A DNA stretch of 64,000 bases from a virus. The stretch spans positions 32,001-96,000 of the IMG/VR virus record IMGVR_UViG_3300009285_002342. One strand, 5' to 3'. The translations under genes and the position numbers were made by a program. The notes beneath the pieces were generated by a model. The model was not told the origin of the DNA. It was given only the letters and a program-made list of their open reading frames with translations, and made no database searches. This document shows positions 1 to 9,956 of the stretch, in pieces; position 1 is the first letter of the stretch; each line of letters starts with the position of its first letter.

Positions 1-606
1 TCCTACTTCCGGATCGAATTTTTTAGTAAAGAAGAATACGGAATCTGCCGCTTCGATTTGATCCTGGATATGACTAACCATAATGATTTGTAAGCCTAAT
101 TGTGAGCTAATTTCTTTTATCATCGCCATATTCCTTTCAGGTATATCGCCGCCTTTAGCAAAATGTCCCGGCTCATCTAGGAACATAGACATACGCGGTT
201 TCGGCCTACGAAGATAAAACATAGCGAACTGAAGACCGGAAGCAGCTACACCTACTTCCCCGCCACCACCGCTAAAAGTTAAATCCTTAGCCCTTTTCCC
301 GTTCGCTTTTTCCCAGATTAAATCACATTCCGTTTTTCCTCTTCTCGGTACAAATTCCAAAATAAGATTCCATGGATCGTCGAACACTGAAGCCATAGCC
401 AAAGAGACTAATTCGGAAACATGAAACTCTAATTGTTTCTGGGTTTCACTAGCTACAATTTGCGCTACTGATTGTGCTTCTTCGGAAGATAGAAGAGAAG
501 ATTTCGTATTGGCGATATTATTTTTCGCTTCCGCTATTCGCCTTTCCGTAAGGGATAATTCGCCTTTTTTCCTTTCAATAGCGGAACGGTATTCTTTAAT
601 GTTCAT
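1..606 (-). CDS. SbcC/Rad50 ABC-ATPase C-terminal half (runs off window start)
   Basis: Manual translation from ATG 606 (overlapping the TGA of 603..812): MNIKEYRSAIERKKGE...FSGGGGEVGVAASGLQFA (signature-like)...MFLDEP (Walker B)...IMVSH (H-loop). Not in the ORF track because it is truncated. Confidence 0.85.
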   Translation of the reverse strand, partial: MNIKEYRSAIERKKGELSLTERRIAEAKNNIANTKSSLLSSEEAQSVAQIVASETQKQLEFHVSELVSLAMASVFDDPWNLILEFVPRRGKTECDLIWEKANGKRAKDLTFSGGGGEVGVAASGLQFAMFYLRRPKPRMSMFLDEPGHFAKGGDIPERNMAMIKEISSQLGLQIIMVSHIQDQIEAADSVFFFTKKFDPEVG

Positions 607-812
607 TTATCCACCGCATCCCTTATCGCCCTGATTGTATCCGCACAAACCCGTACGAACTCCTGCCCCCTAAGTTTCTGTAACTCAGATTCAAGGTCTT
701 GTTCGTCAACATTATCCATAAGAATATTTCCCTGCCCAGCCAAACAACCATTCCATCCTCTTAAAATTACCCACTTTTTGCCGTCTCCTTGTGAGCAGAT
801 TGCATAAAACAT
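603..812 (-). CDS. hypothetical protein
   Basis: ORF tightly packed in the minus-strand operon. Confidence 0.5.
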   Translation of the reverse strand: MFYAICSQGDGKKWVILRGWNGCLAGQGNILMDNVDEQDLESELQKLRGQEFVRVCADTIRAIRDAVDK

Positions 813-872
813 ATTCTCTACCTCCCTTCATCTCTTTACGCTCCTTTCAACAACCACCCGATAGATATGACG

Positions 873-1118
873 TTAATTCCATTCATAAGACTTTTCCAAA
901 TTCGATAATCCTTCGTCGAATTCAGTTTCTAACCGTTTCAATTCTCCATCTAAACGGTCTAGTTCTGTTTGTCCTTTTTCTTTTGAATCGCAACCATACT
1001 GTTTAAGTTGCAAAAAAAGATTTTCTTTCGTCCCTTCTAGGCGGTCCTTTTTACTTTTAGCAGCATCTATAACCGCTTTAATCTTTGTCAATTTAGCTAC
1101 CTTTTCTTCGTTAGTCAT
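873..1118 (-). CDS. small coiled-coil protein next to SbcD/SbcC-C
   Basis: Heptad-like charged sequence; operon packing. Confidence 0.6.
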   Translation of the reverse strand: MTNEEKVAKLTKIKAVIDAAKSKKDRLEGTKENLFLQLKQYGCDSKEKGQTELDRLDGELKRLETEFDEGLSNLEKSYEWN

Positions 1119-1330
1119 AATCCCATATTCTCCGTATGTTTTTTAATTTCATTTATAGAAGGAATTTTATATTTCCCTTCTTCAGTATTCTTAGCACCTA
1201 TAGCGGACATTATACAAAAGGTTCTAGTTCTTCCGTTAAATGCCTGCATTTCATCTAATGCTTCCCACATTATGTTTACTAAATTCCGCTTAGGTAACTT
1301 TAATAGTAGTTCGTAAAGATTATCGTTCAT
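1115..1330 (-). CDS. hypothetical protein
   Basis: Overlapping start/stop with neighbours. Confidence 0.55.
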   Translation of the reverse strand: MNDNLYELLLKLPKRNLVNIMWEALDEMQAFNGRTRTFCIMSAIGAKNTEEGKYKIPSINEIKKHTENMGL

Positions 1331-1531
1331 TTCTTTTCTTCCCTAAGCGTTTAAAAATTTCTAAAGCTAATTTTTCAGCTTCTTCAAGAGAAAGGTTAAT
1401 ATAAGTAGAGGTATCCCCCCCGGGATGAAGCGAAAGAGTTTTCGATATAGAAATATAACTAGACGAAACATAATGCTTGAATGGAGTATTATGTTTCCCT
1501 GCTCTATGTTTAGTTACCTTAATCCCAGGTT

Positions 1532-2479
1532 TCATTTTTTCGCCTTCTCTATCCATTCAAAAAGTTTATCAGATATTTCTTTCGCTGTTTTATTCCCCGC
1601 TAAATATTTTTTACAATTACTTTCGTAGTCTAAACCTAATTCAATTTCGCCTTTTAATTTCTCAATATAGGCAAAAACCGCTTCCCGTCTTTCTTCTTTA
1701 ACTTCGGCTTCTTCGATATGCGTAGTATCTATTACACCTTCTTCTATCGGAAGATAAACAGGCTCTACCCGATTACTTTCGGCATAATACAGATAAACCC
1801 TTGGTTTGTGTTCAATTTGATCCGATTTAAGTCTTAGGATACTACCTGGATTTACCAGTAGTCTTCCGTCATACGCTACCGTAAATGGTTTATGATTATC
1901 GCCGGAAAGAATAACATCGTATTGCGAAAATTTTTCTAATAACGCTTCAGCAGAAACCCCCTTCTCTGATTCCCATCCCGCACCTTCGCCTTCTAAAACA
2001 AGTTGATGAGTCATAGCGATATTCCTACTCCCCAAGACTGCTTCGATTGGTTCGGAAATAGGTACGCCGTAAGAAAAAGGAAAAACAGAAATTCCGTTAA
2101 AATTGTACACTTTCGTAAAAGGATTAATACGAATAGCCCCAGCTTCGTGAAGTACACCGATACCGCAATTAGACCATTCCGCAACTATATGGTTTTGTAG
2201 ATCATGTTGCCCAGGAATTGCTACGATATCGGTTCCGTTTACCCTCCGAATGAATTCCGCTAAAAGCCAATTAAGCCATTGCGCTTTATCCCCTACGTCG
2301 CCAGAAATTAAAACAGGGATTTTACCGTATTTATTAGACAGGTTGATAATAAAATCCACCTTCCGCCACATCGTCGCTACAAAATCATCAGTACGACAAA
2401 GCGGGACGGCAGACCTTATATGCCAATCTGAACTAAAGATTAAGGCTGGTCTTTCTATGTTGCCTCTTGTACGTTTCAT
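1532..2479 (-). CDS. sbcD: SbcD/Mre11-like metallophosphoesterase nuclease
   Basis: Motifs SDWH, SGD, PGQHD, THQ, SGDNH, NPGS. Confidence 0.9.
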   Translation of the reverse strand: MKRTRGNIERPALIFSSDWHIRSAVPLCRTDDFVATMWRKVDFIINLSNKYGKIPVLISGDVGDKAQWLNWLLAEFIRRVNGTDIVAIPGQHDLQNHIVAEWSNCGIGVLHEAGAIRINPFTKVYNFNGISVFPFSYGVPISEPIEAVLGSRNIAMTHQLVLEGEGAGWESEKGVSAEALLEKFSQYDVILSGDNHKPFTVAYDGRLLVNPGSILRLKSDQIEHKPRVYLYYAESNRVEPVYLPIEEGVIDTTHIEEAEVKEERREAVFAYIEKLKGEIELGLDYESNCKKYLAGNKTAKEISDKLFEWIEKAKK

Positions 2480-2796
2480 AGATTCTCGGCTTTTTCTAAA
2501 GCGATTTTAACGTATTTTGCCCGTTCCGTTAGAATTTCCAACTGTCTTTTCTTCCGAAAAATAAAAGATAGTATCGCTTCTTCCTTCGTCTTACAAGCAA
2601 ACTGATTTTTTGCATTATCTCTTACTATCCGATATTTTCCAGATATATCTATTTTGGTTCCTTTCGGAGTTTTCTTGATTATCGGATATTCCCTTAGTTC
2701 GACTTTTAAGGTAGGCGGATTGGGCGGATTTTCCCCATAGGAATCTTCCGAACCATACAAAATATCTTCGTATCGATACAAAAATTCTTTTTTCAT
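2476..2796 (-). CDS. hypothetical protein
   Basis: Phage-type ORF (Y..I.K.TPKG motif); operon packing. Confidence 0.6.
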   Translation of the reverse strand: MKKEFLYRYEDILYGSEDSYGENPPNPPTLKVELREYPIIKKTPKGTKIDISGKYRIVRDNAKNQFACKTKEEAILSFIFRKKRQLEILTERAKYVKIALEKAENL

Positions 2797-2962
2797 ATCT
2801 TTTCTCCTGCTAAAATTTTAATTCCTAAGACTTCGGTAGGTGTCATTCCACATTTTAAAAACGCTCTTCCTGTTTCTCCGCGTCGAATAAAACCTTCCGC
2901 CCATTGAATTTCAAAATCCGTCTCGGGTTCAATTAGCAAACCATCTTCTAAAATTTTTATTC

Positions 2963-3490
2963 TCATATTCTCCTCTTCGCTGTTATCGTTCGTAGATTAA
3001 TACAAATAGTTTCGACAATATCTACCGGAATAGAATATTGTCGAACGTCTATCCCGAATTCTTTAGCTTGGTCAAACCAGAATTTGTCCCTTTCGGGATT
3101 TTCGGATTCATAAGCATATTCGTAAACGATTTCGATTATACCGGCAGATTTAATCCGCTTTAAACACGGATAACACGGAAACAACGTACAATATATCGTA
3201 GCGCCGATAGTGTTTTTCCCGGCGTAATCTATAGCATTCGCCTCTGCATGTACCGCCGGGCAATAGTTATGCTTTTCCGATTCGGGCAATTCTAAATTCC
3301 TTCGAAAACAGTATTTATCGCCTTTATCGGTACATTGCGGAAAACCTGCTACCGTGCCGTTATAGCCAACGCCAACTATCCGTTTGTTTTTAACAATTAA
3401 AGCTCCATTAGGCCGACTGTTGCACCCACTTCTCATAGCGGCCGTTTTTACCAATGCCATAAAATATGAATCCCATGATAATCTGCTCAT
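2963..3490 (-). CDS. dCMP deaminase
   Basis: WDSYFM, GYNG, HAEANA and PCYPC zinc motifs; likely start ATG 3490 overlapping the stop of the HNH gene. Confidence 0.92.
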   Translation of the reverse strand: MSRLSWDSYFMALVKTAAMRSGCNSRPNGALIVKNKRIVGVGYNGTVAGFPQCTDKGDKYCFRRNLELPESEKHNYCPAVHAEANAIDYAGKNTIGATIYCTLFPCYPCLKRIKSAGIIEIVYEYAYESENPERDKFWFDQAKEFGIDVRQYSIPVDIVETICINLRTITAKRRI

Positions 3491-4029
3491 ATATGCGCCC
3501 ATGCTTTCTTTCTTATCACCGAATGTATATTTTGGACGGATACATTAAATTTTTTAGACAATTCCCTCATAGATACATTTTTCTTATACAAATCCCTAAT
3601 ATTTAAAACATCTTCTTCTGATAATTTAGAATGGGCATTTGCGATCCCTCTTGAATTTGCCAACCCGACCCTATGGGCATGTCTTGTATTTTCTAAAGCT
3701 GTCATCCATTCTAAATTATGAATATTGTTGTTTAACTTATTCCCGTCTTTATGGTTGCACTGATGTTTAGGGGACGGTCTTTTAGAACAAAAACATTCTA
3801 GTACTAAATGATGAACTCTAACTATTTGATGTTCGCCTACTTCGTTACATAAAGTAACAGAATAATAATTATTAATAAATTGGAATTTTAAAATCCTTCC
3901 TTTTTGTATTCTGTTTTTACCGTTTTTATCTTTTACAAATCTTGTTTTAGATTTTACTCTGCCGAAATTAGAAACAAAATAACCGCAATAATTTTCTATT
4001 GATCTCCAAATTTCCTTATCGTTTCCCAT
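3487..4029 (-). mobile_element. free-standing NUMOD4-HNH homing endonuclease
   Basis: EIWRSI..Y.VSNFGRVKS (NUMOD4), VHHLVL..F...NHKDGNKLNN..NLEW (HNH), C-terminal HTH. Confidence 0.9.
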
Positions 4030-4034
4030 AAAAA

Positions 4035-4166
4035 TTATCCCTTAGTAGTTCCAATGATCCGTTTGTTTTTAACAATTAAAGACCCGTTAGGACGACTATT
4101 ACAGCCGCTTCTCATAACCGCTAGTTTCGTTAGGGACATAAAATATGAATCCCAATCAATTCTCAT
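4035..4166 (-). pseudogene. truncated 5' copy of the dCMP deaminase gene (43 aa)
   Basis: Translates MRIDWDSYFMSLTKLAVMRSGCNSRPNGSLIVKNKRIIGTTKG*, matching the N-terminus of the intact gene. Confidence 0.9.
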
Positions 4167-4310
4167 ATTCTTCCTCTCTTAATATCTCCCCATTCTATTG
4201 AAAAAGTCCAAAACAAAAGATCGATCTCGATAGAATTTCTCCAATTCCAATTTACTGTAACCCCTACAGAAATACATTGCCTATTTGTAAATCTTCTAAT
4301 TCTCATATTT

Positions 4311-5087
4311 TTAATCCTCAATATGAAGTATCGCTTTTAGCGGAAGTATCTGATGATCGTAGCAGTGAAGCCCTTGCGAAGCGAAAGTAATAGGACCGGG
4401 CGAAATTCCTAATTCTTCCGCGATATATTCGTTAAGCAAAGTCATTCCACCTATGTTTTCACCAAATGCACCGTATAAGTCCCAACTCCGGAAGACTACC
4501 CCTAAGATAAGTTGATTGTCTTTTATCTTTAGATCAATACCTTGTAAGCACGGCGTAGTTCTTCGTTCGGTTTCGTTCGTAAAATGAATATCGTAATTGA
4601 AACAAGATTCAGGATTTCCAACTTTAATATAACAATGGTTATTTCCGAATCCTTTTTCCTTGAAGTGCCTAATACACCACTCAAGTTGCGATTCCCAAAA
4701 AATTTCTACGCTAGTTATTGAATAACTAAGCGACGAAGGTTTTCTTATAAATCCTCTTTTTGCCCAATTATCCATATGTCCGTTAATCCATTGAGAATAA
4801 CGGTATTCTTCGTTCCGATTTAAGTTAGGGTCCATCAAATAATTCGCAAAATATTCCGAAATGGCTTCATCCGTAGTTACCGGTGGAACACCTTCCGGAA
4901 AAATAGGCGCTAAAGGACGGACGTGCGGATACTGAATAACCCCGGCAGCGAACATAAATTCTAAACGATTAGATCCGGCATGGCTTCCTGTATCTACCGG
5001 AGTTTTAATTCCGTCACGCCAAAGATTTGACAAAAGTGTAAAATAAGCATCCCCTATCGTCGTCGCTTCTATTAAGCAAGGCCGCAT
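4311..5087 (-). CDS. thymidylate synthase-family protein (archaeal-like; dUMP methylase or hydroxymethylase)
   Basis: PCL catalytic Cys, FRSWDLYGAFGEN (Asn at the dUMP-specificity position), LHCY. Confidence 0.85.
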   Translation of the reverse strand: MRPCLIEATTIGDAYFTLLSNLWRDGIKTPVDTGSHAGSNRLEFMFAAGVIQYPHVRPLAPIFPEGVPPVTTDEAISEYFANYLMDPNLNRNEEYRYSQWINGHMDNWAKRGFIRKPSSLSYSITSVEIFWESQLEWCIRHFKEKGFGNNHCYIKVGNPESCFNYDIHFTNETERRTTPCLQGIDLKIKDNQLILGVVFRSWDLYGAFGENIGGMTLLNEYIAEELGISPGPITFASQGLHCYDHQILPLKAILHIED

Positions 5088-5914
5088 AGATCGTTTCCTT
5101 TCTTACTTTCTTCAAAATCTTTTTTAAAGTTGCTAACTACAAATTTATTTATCGCTTCTTGCATCTTATTCAAGCAAGAAGAGCAGATTTGAAAATGCGT
5201 ACCGGGAATTTTAATTGCCGTAGGAACAAAATCATCACAAAAATGACAAGGATATTCCATACTAAAATCGTTAGGTTCTGTACGATGATTACGAAAAATT
5301 GTAAATCCTTCATTTGAACCGACATTTTCAGCACCCATTACTATTTTCCCCATCCACTTCCCATCATAAAAATTTTTATCTTTCATACTAACTCCTTCCT
5401 AATACGTAATTTAACATCCTCTCTTTTTCTCTTTCGTCTTTAAGGATAATCTCATATCCTAAATCTTCAAAATATTTTTTTACAATCTCTAAATCTGACC
5501 ATTGAAAAAACGAAGTATAAAGAAAACCTTTCGCTCCTTCTATAGATTTTAACAAAGGTTCTACGATAACCGGCATATCTTCTTTAGATCCTACAGGAAG
5601 TTGAACACAAAGATCAAATGGTTTATAAAGACCTCTAATAAAATTAACAGTCTTTTTCATATTAACCTATCTATAGCGAAAGTTTTTTCGTGTCTTGATT
5701 CTTTTATTTCTTTATCAAGTTGAATTGAATAATCGGTCATTTTCTTTTCTTTCCAAGGATATTGCGATTTTGAATAAGCATAGGCTTTACGTCCATAAAC
5801 ATATCTAGCTGGATAATGAACAAACCCACATTTAGGGCAACCATCTTCAAAGGTTTTCTCATTTTCCTTAAAAATCCATTCACAAGAAGCGCAAACTCGC
5901 AATTTTGCTTTCAT
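5072..5914 (-). CDS. three small hypothetical ORFs (5072-5386, 5388-5660, 5657-5914), two with CxxC pairs
   Basis: Contiguous minus-strand ORFs. Confidence 0.55.
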
Positions 5915-5915
5915 T

Positions 5916-7136
5916 CTACCATGTTACCTCCTTTCCACAAAGCGGACAATAATCACCCATCAATTCATCAAATTTTTTTTGCCCAGTTTTATATTCATTA
6001 TCTGCTTTTGCCATTTCGACGGAAGTTTCATATATTCTTTTTAGAACTTCGGAAATTCCGCTACGAAGTTTTTTCAATTCGGACATTTCGCTTAGTCGTA
6101 CTGCCAACTTTTCAACTTCAGAAGCATATTTCGTAACCACTTCGGTTTTTTGTAATTCAACTTCCGTAGCGTCTATCCCGTCTAAAATTTTCGCTACGGA
6201 ATTCCACCGTTCATTCCCCTTAGCGATTAACGTAGACAGCGTAGTTAAACGATCCGCTTCCGAAGCATACCTAACTATGGATTCCGCTTCCGATAGCTCG
6301 GAAAGGCAAATGCTAACGTTTTTTAATAGTTTGTCTAAATTGTCCGCCTTATTGACGATTTCATCAGCTTCCGTGTTTAGTTTAAATAACCTTTCGGTTT
6401 CGTCGGAATATTTAACAATTTCGGAAGTTTTATTTAACTCATATTCCGTTTCTTCTATTTTTGCTAAAATATCAAAAATCGCAGTTCGTTTTTTTATTCC
6501 TTCTACCTTCTCGTTTTCAATATTTTCTAACTTCGCAATATCTTTTTCTGCATCCTTTAACCAATCATATTCCTTTATTTTTTCTTCGTTCTCTTTTAAC
6601 TCTATTTCGAAACGATTCAGTTCCGCTTTTTCATTTCGAATTTCGGAAGCAGCTATAGAAAGAACTTCGTCAATAATGTCCAAGTGCGCTACGCGATTAA
6701 GATAACGGGCTACTTCGCCGGAATTGTTAGAAATTAGAAAAGCGGGATCTAATTGTTGCTGAAAATTAACTTCTGAAAGATTTAATAGGTCCAAAACTTT
6801 TTGCGGTGGCGAGCCGTTACCGAAATTCCTTAGACGATTCTTTTCCGTGTCTTCTTGTATATAATAATAATCGTCAGTTTTGGTTTTCTTTCCGTAAATA
6901 CGTTTTCTTCCGATTAATAAACCTTCTTTGGTTGCGATTTCTACTTGCGGATTTCCGCCCCACCAGGATCGGTATTCTTCCCCGGTAGGGCGGTTATTGA
7001 AAAGCCATCCTAAAGCCTTAAAGACTGCAGACTTCCCTTGCCCGGTAGCGCCGATTAAAGCGTTCACACCTTCGGATAAAGGAATCACGGTTTCTTTATG
7101 GCCTAGGAAGTTGTATATACAAAATTCAGTAAACAT
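5916..7136 (-). CDS. SbcC/Rad50 ATPase N-terminal half with coiled coil and terminal zinc hook
   Basis: Walker A GATGQGKS, Q-loop QQQLD, long coiled coil, ends CPLCG; no Walker B. Confidence 0.88.
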   Translation of the reverse strand: MFTEFCIYNFLGHKETVIPLSEGVNALIGATGQGKSAVFKALGWLFNNRPTGEEYRSWWGGNPQVEIATKEGLLIGRKRIYGKKTKTDDYYYIQEDTEKNRLRNFGNGSPPQKVLDLLNLSEVNFQQQLDPAFLISNNSGEVARYLNRVAHLDIIDEVLSIAASEIRNEKAELNRFEIELKENEEKIKEYDWLKDAEKDIAKLENIENEKVEGIKKRTAIFDILAKIEETEYELNKTSEIVKYSDETERLFKLNTEADEIVNKADNLDKLLKNVSICLSELSEAESIVRYASEADRLTTLSTLIAKGNERWNSVAKILDGIDATEVELQKTEVVTKYASEVEKLAVRLSEMSELKKLRSGISEVLKRIYETSVEMAKADNEYKTGQKKFDELMGDYCPLCGKEVTW

Positions 7137-8394
7137 TTACTTAATTTTTCCTAAAAGTTCGATTAGGGCTTGAAGTGCGTAGTATTCAGGATTAAAAACG
7201 GCTTGAAAAGAAACTAGAAAACAAAAAGAAGTAGCAAGGAAAAGAAATCCTAATATCCCTATACCTGCGACATAAAAGGGTTCATGATCTTCTCTAGAAA
7301 TTGAATATCCTTTTCTTTCGAAGTCCCAATATTTCACAGTAAAAATACAAAGCGGAATAAGCAAAATTCCGATAATCAAAGACCATACGAAAGTATAGAT
7401 CGCTGTGACATATTGTTCCCTAATTAACCAGGGCCAAATCTGCTCGCCGGTTGCTCCGATTTTCGCCCCGATTACATCTAATTTTTCCAGAATCATTCCT
7501 ACAGTTTTTTCGTCCATTTCCTTTTTCTCCTTAATCTACTCTGATAGTTGAAGCCTTAATAAAATCACCGCAAACCACACCTTCGATATTTTTCCCACTA
7601 GGCCCTACGGCGGTGAAACCTGTACGGAAAACATCATCTTGCCCGCAACCGAAAAACCGAAATCCAGTTATTTTAATATTTGTATAACCAGATTGTTCAA
7701 GAACTCTCTGTGCATTTTCAGGAGATGTACAAGAAACAAAAAACAAGACAAAAAATATAAATAATAATCTTTTCATTATGATAACTCCTTTCATATTTTA
7801 GGTTCTTCTAACCACAAACTAGCCAGATAAGCAATAGCCACCTCTTTATGCTCATGCTTCGGTTCGAAAGACCTAAGAATAGCACCTAAATGCCTAAGTG
7901 CCATCAAACAATCTATCCCTTCTTTTGCCGATGGAATTTCTTCTTCAGATAAACCTTTAAAGAACCATTTTGCAACCCATTTAGCATATGGACTTTGACT
8001 ATTACGATTTCTAAATTCTTTGGGAATTTCTTCATACTCCGGCATTAGATATTTAATGCTACACGGAAAAGCCATAGTCACGTCGTCAATTTCGCTTGGT
8101 TTTTCGAACATTTTAATTTCTCCTTTCGATTTATTGTAAATAACGAATTCTTTTTTCTTCACCGTCAACAAAAATAAATTTCAAAGTAAGTCCTTCAAAT
8201 TCCCAATTAAAATAGATTGGATAACCAAGGAACGTATACTGATTAAATGTCCCAGAAACAGAAGAACGATAACATAAAACTTGCCCATTAGCGTCTTGAA
8301 GGCGACGAATTTCATTCATCAAACCTTCGGCGCATTCCCAAACTATCTTTGGCTTTTGAGCATAGAAAAAATCAATAATTTTTTCTGATTTCAT
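7137..8394 (-). CDS. four hypothetical ORFs (membrane protein 7137-7517, lipoprotein-like 7531-7794, 7791-~8111, 8131-8394)
   Basis: TM segments in 7137-7517; FVSC lipobox-like sequence in 7531-7794. Confidence 0.55.
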
Positions 8395-8409
8395 TATCGC
8401 AATCTCCTT

Positions 8410-9249
8410 TTACCTAAGATTCATAAAAACTGAAATCTGCCCTAACCAATCGTCAAACTTCTTCAATCCGAATTCACGAAAAATCTTCGTAAACTTTTCC
8501 CTTCTCAGCTCTATCGGATTTAGTTCGAAACGAGGCCAGTCATTTGGAAACGGCAGAGATACTAACGGAAAGTTTCTTTTTACTACCGATAACCATCCGT
8601 CTGCTATTGCTCGAAACTTTGCGCTATCTGCCTTTAATTCACCTTTTATATACTTAATAGCAGTCTTTTCCGCTACGCCGGGTATCCCTTCTACGGTATC
8701 CGAAGAACAACCGGCTATCGCCTTTACCGTAGGCCATGATTCCGGCGCTATCCCCCATTCTTCGTAGAAATCGAAATTAGTATAAAGTTTTTTCTTAGTC
8801 GGTTGATAAATAACAACTTCGTTTGCGAATAGTAATTGATAAAGATCGTTATCGGAAGAAATAATAACGATTTCTTCATAGCCCATTTCCGTTACCCATG
8901 CTATTAAATCATCCGCTTCATATCCTTCCTTCTCGTAAATCCTTCCGTCGAAACCAAGGAAAGGCAATACGGAAGATTTTAACTCTTCGAATTGAGCATA
9001 AATAGAAAGCCAATCTTTCCCGTCGTCCTTCTTTTCCCTTCGCTTATAGTTCGGATAGATTTCCCTACGAAGGGATTTTTTAGAATCCCAGGTAAACACA
9101 AATTCGCAAGGCCCATAATCCTTAGCGAAATTAAAAATCTGGTTAAGGAAACCAAAAACGATTCCGGAAGGTTTACCTTTATAGGTAAGATCGCCGGTAG
9201 TATGAGCTGCGATATAGGCAAGGTTGTTACAATCAACTATTGCTATCAT
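8410..9249 (-). CDS. 5'-3' exonuclease / flap endonuclease (T4 RNase H / PolA-N-like)
   Basis: IVD, RREIYPNYK, GYEADD, SSDNDLYQL, SDTVEGIPGVAEKTA (H3TH). Confidence 0.92.
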   Translation of the reverse strand: MIAIVDCNNLAYIAAHTTGDLTYKGKPSGIVFGFLNQIFNFAKDYGPCEFVFTWDSKKSLRREIYPNYKRREKKDDGKDWLSIYAQFEELKSSVLPFLGFDGRIYEKEGYEADDLIAWVTEMGYEEIVIISSDNDLYQLLFANEVVIYQPTKKKLYTNFDFYEEWGIAPESWPTVKAIAGCSSDTVEGIPGVAEKTAIKYIKGELKADSAKFRAIADGWLSVVKRNFPLVSLPFPNDWPRFELNPIELRREKFTKIFREFGLKKFDDWLGQISVFMNLR

Positions 9250-9494
9250 TCTATCGCTTTCAATTCAAAATCGTATTCTTTGCCTTCGGAATTTTCTATC
9301 GGACCTTCATACACCAATTGAACCTTTTCGGTTACTTCGCCCCAACATATATCTTCTACGCTATCGTTCCATCCATCCGTTTCCGCTAAATCTTCTTCAT
9401 CTTTAAAGGAAGCTATAGCAGCGTTTTTCGCTTCTTCGGCTGTATCGTGAAATCGAAAACCGAATCCTTCCGGATCGTAGCTAAAGTATTTCAT
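9246..9494 (-). CDS. acidic hypothetical protein
   Basis: ORF with SD-like sequence upstream. Confidence 0.6.
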   Translation of the reverse strand: MKYFSYDPEGFGFRFHDTAEEAKNAAIASFKDEEDLAETDGWNDSVEDICWGEVTEKVQLVYEGPIENSEGKEYDFELKAIE

Positions 9495-9508
9495 ATTTCC
9501 CTCTTCTC

Positions 9509-9598
9509 CGCTTCGTAGAATCGCTTAGGTTAAACAATCTATTCCGTATCCATATCTGACTATGCCTTAAAGAGAAAAACGCCTTAAAAACGATTCTA
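9509..9598. repeat. dispersed bipartite palindromic element, copy 1
   Basis: CGCTTCGTAGAATCGCTTAGGTTAAACAATCTA-N35-AAACGCCTTAAAAACGATTCTA. Confidence 0.85.
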
Positions 9599-9603
9599 AA
9601 GCG

Positions 9604-9900
9604 TTGCCGGTCTACCAGATTTTTTCTCAGGCAGACCGGCTTTATTACCTTCAACAAATCTCAAAGTTTTTTAATCTAAACCGATGCAATAGATTATGGG
9701 CTATCGCTCCCTAAAGCTACACAAATCTCCAACGCCCAGGTTCCGAAATTTTCCTAAAGAACGGAGGAGAACGAGGGCATTTAGGCGACGCCCGTATCCG
9801 TCAAAGTTACGGTCCTACGACGAAAAGTTATGGTAGGAAAAGGAGGCAGACGGAATACGGGGAGGTAAATTAGAATCATTTTATGTTTTCCTGTTTTTTA
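9604..9900 (-). ncRNA. putative structured ncRNA with CCUCC motifs
   Basis: No long ORF; downstream of the 9910-9938 promoter; stems 9791-9802/9849-9861 and 9606-9640; three CCTCC motifs. Confidence 0.5.
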
Positions 9901-9909
9901 TTTTTATAT

Positions 9910-9938
9910 ATTATAACCAAGAAAACAAAATTTTTAAA
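9910..9938 (-). promoter_or_regulatory. promoter, class II (TTTAAA-N17-TATAAT)
   Basis: Same architecture at 15437-15465 and 32649-32677. Confidence 0.75.
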
Positions 9939-9956
9939 GAAAATAAATAAAAATTT

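Noticed and set aside
3487-4166. Group I intron around the HNH genes
   Set aside because: No room for a ribozyme core; the downstream gene has its own complete 5' end
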